From a virus (taxonomy: Duplodnaviria > Heunggongvirae > Uroviricota > Caudoviricetes): a stretch of 22,910 nucleotides of DNA. Shown piece after piece: positions 1 to 7,590 of the stretch (position 1 is its first letter; each line of letters starts with the position of its first letter). Under the pieces are notes generated by a model, which had not been told where the DNA came from, did not search any database, and saw only the letters and a program-made list of their open reading frames with translations. Position numbers and translations under genes: made by a program. The stretch lies in IMG/VR virus record IMGVR_UViG_2713896903_000002. One strand, 5' to 3'.

Positions 1-184
1 TTGTCTGTCGAATACGAAGGATGAAAGATGATCACATATTTGATTATATGCGCGGCAATAAATAAAAGTCATTGCACCTGCACATTAAACAATCAAATAT
101 ACAACATGAAATAAACATTCTGTGTATATATATTTTTGCCTCCAGGTAGATATAAACCTCTTTCCTTAGAGACTTGGAGGCATC

Positions 185-397
185 GTGAAAAAATCACAGA
201 AATCTTTTGGCGCTAAATTTGCAGTCATACGTTGTGATGATCTGTCAGTTATTGTTGAAATGGATTATTTCCCTGATACACAAAAAGCAATGATGTATCG
301 GAATGGTCGCAAGGCAATTTTTTTACCGATGAGGAATAGTGATATTATGGGAAATGATAAATTGCCAGATGAGTTGCGAGTCAGGGCATCCTGTTAG
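185..397 (+). CDS. hypothetical small protein (70 aa), GTG start
   Basis: ORF with GGAGG at 176-180 four nt upstream of GTG 185; preceded by AT-rich promoter-like DNA; no recognisable motif. Confidence 0.3.
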   Translation: MKKSQKSFGAKFAVIRCDDLSVIVEMDYFPDTQKAMMYRNGRKAIFLPMRNSDIMGNDKLPDELRVRASC

Positions 398-468
398 TAT
401 TGGCATTGATTCTGGTATACTACACAACGGGCTGAACACCCATTCTACTGCGCCAGCGGAGAACTACG

Positions 469-1068
469 ATGGCGCATATACAACTGGTTAAACAAACATC
501 TTCCGGCTTACTGCTCCCGGCGACACCGGAGAGTTGCGATTTTCTGCATCAAATCAAAATAGGCGAGTGGATACATGCTGATTTTAAGCGTGTGCGTAAC
601 TATGCATTTCACAAGCGTTTTTTCAAACTTCTGCAACTTGGATTCGATTACTGGACTCCGGTCGGTGGGGCGATCACACCTCGCGAACGAGAAATGGTGT
701 TCGGCTTCGTTGATTACCTGTGTGAATCAGTAGGCAGGGAACATACGCCAGCTCTGAGTGATGCCGCGGAACAATATCTGAATACCGTTGCGACACGCAG
801 AACCCAGGATATGGCATTGCTCAAATCATTTGACGCTTTCCGCGAGTGGGTGACCATTCAGGCCGGCTTCTACACCGAGCATTTTTATCCAGACGGTAGC
901 CGCGGGCGTCGGGCGAAGTCCATTGCTTTTGCGAATATGGACGAAACTGAATTTCAACAGGTTTATAAAGCTGTACTTAACGTCCTGTGGAACTGGATCC
1001 TGTTCCGTAAATTCTCCTCTCTGGAGGAGGTCGAAAATGTGGCCGCGCAGCTACTGGAGTTTGCGTAA
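469..1068 (+). CDS. DUF1367-family lambdoid nin-region protein (YbcN-like)
   Basis: 199-aa ORF; N-terminal MAHIQL...; position immediately upstream of a YbcO-like gene and Q as in DLP12-type prophages; stop overlaps next start (TAATG). Confidence 0.65.
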   Translation: MAHIQLVKQTSSGLLLPATPESCDFLHQIKIGEWIHADFKRVRNYAFHKRFFKLLQLGFDYWTPVGGAITPREREMVFGFVDYLCESVGREHTPALSDAAEQYLNTVATRRTQDMALLKSFDAFREWVTIQAGFYTEHFYPDGSRGRRAKSIAFANMDETEFQQVYKAVLNVLWNWILFRKFSSLEEVENVAAQLLEFA

Positions 1069-1358
1069 TGGTGAGTTTACGTAAAGCAGCGCGGGGCCAG
1101 ATGTGCCAGGTCAGAATCCCTGGCTACTGCAATCACAATCCCGAAACGTCTGTGCTGGCGCATTACCGACTGGCGGGAACGTGCGGAACAGCGATAAAGC
1201 CACATGATATGCAGGCAGCGATTGCCTGTAGCTCGTGCCACGATTTAATCGACGGGCGGGTAAAAACCAGTGATTACACCAAAGAAGAATTGCGCCTGAT
1301 GCATGCAGAAGGTGTTTTTCGCACACAAGAAATCTGGAGAAAGGAAGGTTATTTATGA
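1068..1358 (+). CDS. DUF1364 / YbcO-like putative nuclease (Cys/His-rich)
   Basis: 96 aa; recalled similarity to DLP12 YbcO (KAARG..CQVRIPG.CN.NPETSVLAH.R..G.CG...KP.D..A.IACS.CHD); translationally coupled to Q by ATGA overlap. Confidence 0.65.
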   Translation: MVSLRKAARGQMCQVRIPGYCNHNPETSVLAHYRLAGTCGTAIKPHDMQAAIACSSCHDLIDGRVKTSDYTKEELRLMHAEGVFRTQEIWRKEGYL

Positions 1359-1909
1359 TTTACCCAACAAATACAGGCAAAAGCGGGGAACACCTTCGTC
1401 TCACCACGCTGGAAAGTGTCTGGATTCAGGGAAAACTGCGCATGTGGGGGCGCTGGTCGTATATTGGCGGCGGTAAGATGGGAAATATGTTTAACCAGTT
1501 GCTGGCATCCAAAAAATTGACGAAAACAGCCGTCAATGAAGCCCTGCGCAGGATGAAAAAAGCGGGAATAGAGAAACCTGAGCTGGAAGCGTTTTTGCGA
1601 GAGATGATCAATGGCAAGCAAAAGACCTGGCTGGCGCATTGTACTGATGCAGAGGCGTTATGTATTGATCGAGTCATAAGTGAGGTGCTGGCAGAGCATC
1701 CTGGATTGATTTGTATCCTCCGGCAACGGTATGAGGGACGGGGGATGACCAAGCGCAAAATGGCTGAATTGCTAAATGATTCACACCCTGAGTGGTGTTA
1801 CGCCACGTGCCGTAATCGCATAGATGCGTGGTTGAAAATGGCAGAGTTTATGCTCTATCTGCCGATGCGTGATGCATTCTCTTCCGGGGATCTAGAAACC
1901 GTCTGTTGA
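1355..1909 (+). CDS. late-gene antitermination protein Q (Phage_antitermQ-like family)
   Basis: 184 aa; RMWGRW...C..AEALCIDRV...LLNDSHPEWCYATCRNRIDAWL pattern resembles QuuD-type Q proteins; followed immediately by a consensus-like promoter and the lysis/packaging genes. Confidence 0.65.
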   Translation: MIYPTNTGKSGEHLRLTTLESVWIQGKLRMWGRWSYIGGGKMGNMFNQLLASKKLTKTAVNEALRRMKKAGIEKPELEAFLREMINGKQKTWLAHCTDAEALCIDRVISEVLAEHPGLICILRQRYEGRGMTKRKMAELLNDSHPEWCYATCRNRIDAWLKMAEFMLYLPMRDAFSSGDLETVC

Positions 1910-1935
1910 CTCAATCTGTTATCCGGGGCTATATT
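1906..1935 (+). promoter_or_regulatory. candidate late promoter (PR'-like): -35 TTGACT (1906-1911), 18-nt spacer, -10 TATATT (1930-1935)
   Basis: Near-consensus sigma70 hexamers directly read from sequence; -35 overlaps the Q stop codon, as the lambda PR' -35 TTGACT lies just after Q. Confidence 0.5.
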
Positions 1936-1997
1936 CCTCACACGCCAGCAAAATCTGGCGTCGGGATTGGCGTCCCGGATGTTTACGGAGCGATATG

Positions 1998-2018
1998 AGA
2001 CGCGCCCGCGTCTTTTTT
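1998..2018 (+). terminator. intrinsic terminator (tR'-like) about 60 nt downstream of the putative late start
   Basis: 6-bp GC-rich stem agacgc/gcgtct (1998-2003 with 2008-2013), 4-nt loop, followed by T6 run. Confidence 0.45.
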
Positions 2019-2181
2019 CATATCGTTTGCACAGTCACATTCGCGATTTATGGCGAGCTGTGTGGGGGAGCCGAAAGGCTCGCCGGTTTCCGTACCCGGT
2101 TACGCCAACCCCGCACGGTTCGCCACCAGTTCGATTGGCGTCGTCGGTGGCGATAATTTCCAAATGTACGGAGTTATCGTT

Positions 2182-2739
2182 ATGACCACTCAAATCTCTG
2201 TTGAAACTCTCTCCCCGATCATCCATAACCAGATTCCTGTTATTACCACCGAACTTTTGGCGCAGCTTTACGGCACTGAGCCGGTGCGTATTCGCCAGAA
2301 TCATCATGAGAACAAAGTACGCTTCGTTGAAGGGAAACACTTTTTCAAAGTTGTTGGTAATGACCTTAAAGAATTGCGGGTAGCTTTAAACTACTCACAA
2401 AATTCAGTTTCACCCAAAACCCGCTCGCTCATACTCTGGACAGAACGAGGCGCAGCACGCCATGCCAAAATGCTCGAAACCGATCAGGCGTGGGATGTGT
2501 TCGAAAAACTGGAAGACTGCTATTTCAGCCAAAAGGATCCGTCAACGCCAGTTTCATGTCAGAAAAGTTACGACACGCGAGTTCTCTGTTATCAGCGAGG
2601 CGGTGTCGCTGTTTCCACAATTCAGTTGCGGGATGATGAAATTGTTATTTCCCTTGAGTCATGGCTGGAATTGGCTAGAGCCAATGGTTGGTTTGTTGTT
2701 CGCAAAGAGCAACTGCTGGAAAGGTTGATGCAGCTTTAA
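2182..2739 (+). CDS. ORF6N-domain phage antirepressor-like protein
   Basis: ATG 2182 with GGAG 8 nt upstream; N-terminal LAQLYGTEP.RIRQN...N..RFVEGKHFFK..G.DLKEL ... LWTERGAARHAKML matches the ORF6N domain pattern as recalled; the upstream in-frame extension to 2050 is GC-rich, structured and lacks an RBS. Confidence 0.55.
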   Translation: MTTQISVETLSPIIHNQIPVITTELLAQLYGTEPVRIRQNHHENKVRFVEGKHFFKVVGNDLKELRVALNYSQNSVSPKTRSLILWTERGAARHAKMLETDQAWDVFEKLEDCYFSQKDPSTPVSCQKSYDTRVLCYQRGGVAVSTIQLRDDEIVISLESWLELARANGWFVVRKEQLLERLMQL

Positions 2740-2836
2740 AAAAATTCTTGCAATTTTAGCCATAAACTGCTTCAATTTTGCTACGCTTCGCAAAGCTGTA
2801 TCGCGAGGCGAACCAAATGCAATTGAACTTTAATAG

Positions 2837-2860
2837 AACCCGCCATTGAGCGGGTTTTGT
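2837..2860 (+). terminator. intrinsic terminator downstream of the ORF6N gene
   Basis: acccgc / cattga loop / gcgggt hairpin followed by TTTT. Confidence 0.45.
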
Positions 2861-3039
2861 TGTTTGAGGAGGGGGAGAATGAATCAGACTGGTCAACCCA
2901 ACTATGCGCTTTTCGCCGGGAATGATAGCAATAGAGAAAGCCATAAGTGAATTAAAAATCTGTCAGCGCCAGTTCGGCCAAGGAAATGATTCTGGTGTCA
3001 GAGCTTTTATTCGCTAATTTTTTCACTGGGAGGCTATTT

Positions 3040-3297
3040 ATGCATTCACACCATCATCAAATATCTATGATCCCACTTACCATGAGTTCACCCATTAAAG
3101 GTTTTTCACTGTATGTAGAAAGCGAAGACATGGCTGTCGCTATAGCTGAGCTTGAAAATGCCTTATCACAGCTCAAGAACGGAGATAAGGCATTCAAAGA
3201 AAGTGGCACGTTGGTTGGTAACGTCAGAGCAAGTTATTGCTATCCTTACCGTCCTCATTGTGCCGCGAAAGGTCTTTATTGGGATGAAGGGGATTAA
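3040..3297 (+). CDS. hypothetical protein (85 aa), convergent partner of the 3294..3806 gene
   Basis: ATG 3040 with GGGAGG 6 nt upstream; AT-rich; its stop shares the TTAA tetranucleotide with the stop of the minus-strand gene. Confidence 0.4.
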   Translation: MHSHHHQISMIPLTMSSPIKGFSLYVESEDMAVAIAELENALSQLKNGDKAFKESGTLVGNVRASYCYPYRPHCAAKGLYWDEGD

Positions 3298-3806
3298 GCA
3301 AGGACTTGTTCACCGATAGTTACTGGTAATGGACAAATGTATTCCCAGACTGGATCAGGGTTAAAAGTTTTTCCTGACCAGTAAAGCTCCATTCTGTAGG
3401 TGAATTCCAATACCGATGTATCATTTCTTAATAATGACATATCTCCACGATGATAACTATCTGTTTGTATTATAAAAATTTTATCTGATGGTTTTCCGTC
3501 TGTAAGTCGAAAATGTTTAGCCTCCTCCAGGTTACCCCAGGCGAAGAGTGACGTATAGCGAGAAGGTTTTTGCGGGCAAACTCCTCTTCGGTAAAACTCA
3601 AGTCCCCAGTCGATGAGTTCGTTTTTATTATAAATTTTTGCCGCATTATTAATGAGATATCCTTCGCCTTGTGGAGCAAGCCCGCGCGGAAAAAGTTTGT
3701 CTACCAGAGATGACATTTCAACAGGAGTTATATCGGAGAATTGCTTTGGTGTAACGATATCGCCTGTTGAGTATATTCCTCGGCGATCAACCATAAATAG
3801 TTTCAT
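3294..3806 (-). CDS. hypothetical protein (170 aa) in AT-rich moron; function unknown
   Basis: Long minus-strand ORF in an otherwise + strand operon; GGAG 6 nt upstream of the ATG at 3804-3806 (alternative upstream ATG at 3816-3818 without a good RBS); visibly lower GC than flanks. Confidence 0.5.
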   Translation of the reverse strand: MKLFMVDRRGIYSTGDIVTPKQFSDITPVEMSSLVDKLFPRGLAPQGEGYLINNAAKIYNKNELIDWGLEFYRRGVCPQKPSRYTSLFAWGNLEEAKHFRLTDGKPSDKIFIIQTDSYHRGDMSLLRNDTSVLEFTYRMELYWSGKTFNPDPVWEYICPLPVTIGEQVLA

Positions 3807-4046
3807 TAATTTCTCCATTGATAGTTGTTACTTTTGGCGATGTAACGATATCAAACGAGAATTTATATCGCCAGATGCTTAATCTGATACTTCATCTGAC
3901 CCTAGTATGTGTCGGTTTTTTTATTTAAGGCCACTGACAGGTCCATTTAGTGCAACGCCTTTCCCCGTTTCCGCTCCTGGAATATTCGGGGATTTTTTAT
4001 TCCCTAAACTTACACCCGCGATATGTGCGAGGTGAGAGATGATGAA

Positions 4047-4382
4047 ATGCCTCATAACCCAAATACCTGGCCGGACTGGCTGGAGTTGTTTCAGAGCTGG
4101 TGGCGTGGAGACACCCCGCTGGGCGCAGTGATTATGTCGATCGTTATGGCTGGTTTGCGCATCGCCTATTTTGGCGGTGGTGGGGGCTGGAAACGAAAAA
4201 CGCTTGAGATTTTGCTCTGTGGTGCCCTGACGTTGACCTTTGCATCCGCGCTTGAGTATGTCGGATGGCCTAAATCACTTTCTGTTGCCATTGGTGGTGG
4301 GGTGGGGCTGATTGGTGTTGATGCTATTCGTGGTGCGGCAATGAGGGTCATCGGTAACAAGTTTGGTGCTCATAAGGAGTAA
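4047..4382 (+). CDS. holin (predicted three transmembrane segments, class I-like)
   Basis: GAGGTGAG 9 nt upstream of ATG 4047; three hydrophobic stretches and a charged C-terminus; directly precedes the endolysin. Confidence 0.65.
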   Translation: MPHNPNTWPDWLELFQSWWRGDTPLGAVIMSIVMAGLRIAYFGGGGGWKRKTLEILLCGALTLTFASALEYVGWPKSLSVAIGGGVGLIGVDAIRGAAMRVIGNKFGAHKE

Positions 4383-4385
4383 TTA

Positions 4386-4862
4386 ATGCAGACACTGAAT
4401 TCCCAGCGTAAAGCTTTCCTTGATATGGTGGCATGGTCAGAAGGAACGGATAACGGACGGCAGAAAACCAGAAATCACGGTTATGATGTTATTGTCGGTG
4501 GCGAACTGTTCACTGATTACTCCGATCACCCCCGCAAACTTGTCACGCTAAATCCGAAACTCAAATCAACAGCCGCCGGACGTTACCAGCTTCTTTCACG
4601 CTGGTGGGATGCCTACCGCAAGCAACTTGGCCTGAAAGATTTTTCGCCAGAAAGCCAGGACGCTGTAGCGCTGCAGCAGATTAAAGAGCGTGGCGCATTA
4701 CCGATGATTGACCGCGGCGATATTCGTCAGGCAATCGACCGTTGCAGCAATATCTGGGCTTCGTTGCCGGGCGCTGGTTACGGTCAGTATGAACATAGAA
4801 TCGGTGACCTGATTGCCCGATTTAAAGAAGCTGGTGGGGTGGTAAATGAAGCTGAGATATAA
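4386..4862 (+). CDS. R: endolysin, lambda R-type lytic transglycosylase
   Basis: Near-identity over most of its length to lambda R as recalled (NSQRKAFLDMVAWSEGTDNGRQKTRNHGYDVIVGGELFTDYSDHPRKLVTLNPKLKST...). Confidence 0.9.
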   Translation: MQTLNSQRKAFLDMVAWSEGTDNGRQKTRNHGYDVIVGGELFTDYSDHPRKLVTLNPKLKSTAAGRYQLLSRWWDAYRKQLGLKDFSPESQDAVALQQIKERGALPMIDRGDIRQAIDRCSNIWASLPGAGYGQYEHRIGDLIARFKEAGGVVNEAEI

Positions 4863-5238
4863 GCTGGTTATTGTTGCCTTCTTTGTTACCGTCATCGGTT
4901 CTTTTATCTGGTATGCCGGGCATTACTACAGCAAATATCAACACGAAAAGGAGCGCGCTGATGAGGCTGTACGAAATGCTGAATCAGCAACAGCCATTAC
5001 CCGTAACGTCCTGCAATCACTGCAAATCATCAACACAGTTATAGAGGCTAACCAGCATGCAAAACAGCAGATCGCACTGGAGTCACAGAGAATTCAGAAA
5101 GAGATCAAAGTGGCTGTTGCGGATGATGATTGCGCTGTTCGTATCGTTCCTTCTGGCGCAGTTAAGCGGTTGCACGAATACGCGAACGGTATACGTGTCG
5201 GTGCCGGTGGTTCCGTTACCAGCCAGTCTGACGGCTGA
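4846..5238 (+). CDS. i-spanin (Rz-like)
   Basis: Overlaps the R stop; N-terminal transmembrane segment LVIVAFFVTVIGSFIWYAG; coiled-coil-like periplasmic part; another frame carries an Rz1-like lipoprotein. Confidence 0.6.
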   Translation: MKLRYKLVIVAFFVTVIGSFIWYAGHYYSKYQHEKERADEAVRNAESATAITRNVLQSLQIINTVIEANQHAKQQIALESQRIQKEIKVAVADDDCAVRIVPSGAVKRLHEYANGIRVGAGGSVTSQSDG

Positions 5239-5401
5239 AACACCCCAGCCAGATTTACCCGACCCGTTTACGTGGGGGGCAAGCCTTAACCTGAATGTTG
5301 CATTGTTGTCAGCGTTAGCACAGTGCAACAGGGATAAGGCTGATATCAGGACTTTTGAGAAAAACAGGGCAGCACAAACCAATGGCACGATTAAACGTTG
5401 A
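5123..5401 (+). CDS. o-spanin (Rz1-like outer-membrane lipoprotein), overlapping the 3' part of the Rz-like gene
   Basis: +1-frame ORF inside/after Rz; MMIALFVSFLLAQLSGC lipobox signal; proline-rich mature region (PVVPLPASLTAETPQPDLPDP). Confidence 0.55.
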   Translation: MMIALFVSFLLAQLSGCTNTRTVYVSVPVVPLPASLTAETPQPDLPDPFTWGASLNLNVALLSALAQCNRDKADIRTFEKNRAAQTNGTIKR

Positions 5402-5686
5402 AGTTATCCCACCAGACAGCGAAACGATGAACGGGATTTTTTGCAGTGATTGAATGTAAATATGCGCATCAGCCGATGACGCCAAAAGTTATCGATGAAA
5501 TGCAACGCGAAGCAGCGCGTCTTGTACTGCGAGCGACAAATACAAAGGTTGCGTTCGTTCTGGACTGACATTACAGAAGCTCCTTTGATAAGGGGCTTCG
5601 ATAATGTCAAAGCTCGTTATCTGCACCCGCCGCGCACCCAGCGCACTGGCCGATAGCGGGCTTTTTTATTAATAAAGCGAGGCTGT

Positions 5687-6466
5687 ATGAGCGAGAAATT
5701 GAAGATCGTCTATCGCCCGTTACAAGAACTGTCTCCGTATGCACACAATGCCAGGACACACAGCCCTGAGCAGGTAACGCAACTGGTAGAAAGCATTAAG
5801 CAATTTGGCTGGACTAATCCGGTGCTGATTGATGAAAAGGGCGAAGTTATTGCGGGTCACGGTCGCGTTATGGCGGCTGAAGTGCTCAAAATGGATTTCG
5901 TTCCGGTCATCGTTCTGTCTGGTCTGACGGATGATCAGAAAAAGGCGTACCGTCTGGCAGATAATCGCCTGCCGATGAATGCTGGCTGGGATGAAGATCT
6001 GTTACGGATGGAGCTGTCGGACCTAATTAATGCTGATTTTGATGTCTCCCTGACAGGCTTCAGCCCGATAGAAATTGATGAACTGTTGACGGATATTTTG
6101 CCTGGTACAGGAAATGAGGAGGAGCCGTATACGACGAAAATTGATACGCCTGTTTATGAGCCGTCAGGCGATAAACCGGATATCTGTGAACTGTACGACG
6201 ATACGAAAACTCAGGAGCTGATCAGCCGGATACGTTCGGCGTCCCTTAATCCTGATATTGAGAAATTCCTCCTGTGCGCGGCAGAACGTCACACGGTGTT
6301 TAATTTCAGCAGAATCGCGGACTATTACGCTCACGCCCCCGCTGAAATTCAGAGCCTTTTTGAGGAATCGGCTCTGGTGATCATTGATTATCAGCAGGCA
6401 ATTGAAAATGGGTTTGTCAGGATGACGCAGCGCATGGTGGAGATCATGCATGGCGAGGAGGAGTAA
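5687..6466 (+). CDS. ParB N-terminal-domain (ParB/sulfiredoxin-like nuclease domain) protein
   Basis: N-terminal LSPYAHNARTHSPEQV..L..SI..FGWTNPVLID..GEVIAGHGRVMAA pattern typical of ParB-N/ParBc domains; translationally coupled to the next gene. Confidence 0.65.
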   Translation: MSEKLKIVYRPLQELSPYAHNARTHSPEQVTQLVESIKQFGWTNPVLIDEKGEVIAGHGRVMAAEVLKMDFVPVIVLSGLTDDQKKAYRLADNRLPMNAGWDEDLLRMELSDLINADFDVSLTGFSPIEIDELLTDILPGTGNEEEPYTTKIDTPVYEPSGDKPDICELYDDTKTQELISRIRSASLNPDIEKFLLCAAERHTVFNFSRIADYYAHAPAEIQSLFEESALVIIDYQQAIENGFVRMTQRMVEIMHGEEE

Positions 6467-6467
6467 T

Positions 6468-7400
6468 ATGCGTGATGATTTTTGCGCCTTTATTCTGACT
6501 CACGGGCGACCGGACAAAGTTCTGACTTACCGGACGTTGCGTCGTGCTGGCTATACCGGGAAAATTTTTATCGTTGTTGATGATGAAGATAAAACCCGGC
6601 ATCAGTACGTAGCAGAATTTGGTGAACAGGTGCTGGTGTTTTCCAAAGCCGATATCGCCAGTCGTTTTGACGAAGCCGACAACTTTGGCGATCGACGTTC
6701 AATCTTTTATGCCAGGAATGCCTGTTTGGGCCTGGCAAAAAAGGTTGGGTGTAAATACTACATCCAGCTTGATGACGACTATCACGAGTTTCAGTTTCGG
6801 GTGGATCGCAACTATGACCAGGCTTATTTTCCGATAAGGAAACTGGACTCGATCCTTTCTGAAATGCTGGCGTATTACGAATCAATTCCTGCGCTTTCCA
6901 TCGCTATGGCGCAGGGGGGGGATTTTCTTGGTGATAATGGTGGTCATGCTGCATGGGTGAAACGCAAAGCAATGAACAGCTTTATTTGTTCTGTTGACCG
7001 ACCATTCTCATTTATGGGGCGTATTAACGAGGATGTGAATACATACACGAATCTCGGTCGTCGTGGTGAATTGTTTTTGACGATTGGCGCTGTCCAGTTA
7101 GGGCAGAAGCAAACGCAGAAAAACAGCGGCGGAATGACCGAACTGTATCTGGATTCCGGCACCTACGTTAAAAGTTTTTACTCCGTCATGTATGCGCCGT
7201 CGTGCGTAAAAATCTCACTGATGGGCGCCAGCCATAAACGCATTCACCATCAGGTCACCTGGAACAACGCTGCAGTAAAAATCCTTCACGAAAAATACAG
7301 GAAGAAGACACCCTGCATATCAATGGGGGTGATAAATGATTCCGTATTCGAAAGTCGAGTCTCTGGCAGCGTGCCGGATGACTGCACAACAAATCGCTGA
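6468..7400 (+). CDS. hypothetical protein with DxD-type acidic motifs (possible GT-A-like nucleotide-sugar transferase fold); function unverified
   Basis: GAGGAGGAG RBS before ATG 6468; motifs IFIVVDDEDKT and YIQLDDDYHEF; no methyltransferase or PAPS-reductase motifs seen. Confidence 0.5.
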   Translation: MRDDFCAFILTHGRPDKVLTYRTLRRAGYTGKIFIVVDDEDKTRHQYVAEFGEQVLVFSKADIASRFDEADNFGDRRSIFYARNACLGLAKKVGCKYYIQLDDDYHEFQFRVDRNYDQAYFPIRKLDSILSEMLAYYESIPALSIAMAQGGDFLGDNGGHAAWVKRKAMNSFICSVDRPFSFMGRINEDVNTYTNLGRRGELFLTIGAVQLGQKQTQKNSGGMTELYLDSGTYVKSFYSVMYAPSCVKISLMGASHKRIHHQVTWNNAAVKILHEKYRKKTPCISMGVINDSVFESRVSGSVPDDCTTNR

Positions 7401-7587
7401 CGTTCTGGATGTTGATCTGAACAGACTGAAAGAAAATCGGGAAGCAATGACAAATTTTTATGCGTCCATCCGTAAGGGCAGAGCGAAAGGTGAAGCCGAG
7501 CTACGGGCGGCATTGTTTAAGCTTGCCAGAAAAGGGGATGCCTTTGCTCTGCGTGCATTACTCAGGGTGGATAAAAATCAGGACTAA
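7336..7587 (+). CDS. small helix-turn-helix-like protein (83 aa), overlaps the 3' end of the upstream gene
   Basis: GGGGGTGA RBS before ATG 7336; TAQQIADVLDVDLNRL HTH-like segment; 65-nt overlap with upstream ORF makes the start uncertain (alternative ATG 7378). Confidence 0.4.
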   Translation: MIPYSKVESLAACRMTAQQIADVLDVDLNRLKENREAMTNFYASIRKGRAKGEAELRAALFKLARKGDAFALRALLRVDKNQD

Positions 7588-7590
7588 CTG

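Noticed and set aside
1426-1758. 110-aa minus-strand ORF antisense to Q
   Set aside because: No motif or RBS; overlaps a well-supported gene.
2019-2181. Possible tRNA gene in the GC-rich segment after the late promoter (a TTCGATT T-loop-like motif is present)
   Set aside because: I could not fold a cloverleaf by eye: no 5-bp T-stem flanking a 7-nt loop and no matching acceptor stem. Kept only as an unexplained structured leader.
2050-2181. N-terminal extension of the ORF6N gene in the six-frame track (start at 2050)
   Set aside because: No RBS, GC-rich hairpin-forming sequence, and a good GGAG RBS precedes ATG 2182; the extension is more likely untranslated leader.
2740-4020. Shiga toxin or other known virulence cargo at the Q-to-lysis moron site
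   Set aside because: None of the ORFs there resemble StxA/StxB or other toxins I recognise; the cargo is of unknown function.
4023-4046. Upstream ATG 4023 as the holin start (lambda-style dual start)
   Set aside because: The added residues MCEVRDDE are acidic rather than the basic extension typical of antiholins, and the Shine-Dalgarno is positioned for ATG 4047.
5404-5610. 68-aa minus-strand ORF after Rz1 (the position of bor in lambda)
   Set aside because: No lipoprotein signal or Bor-like features and no RBS; likely spurious.
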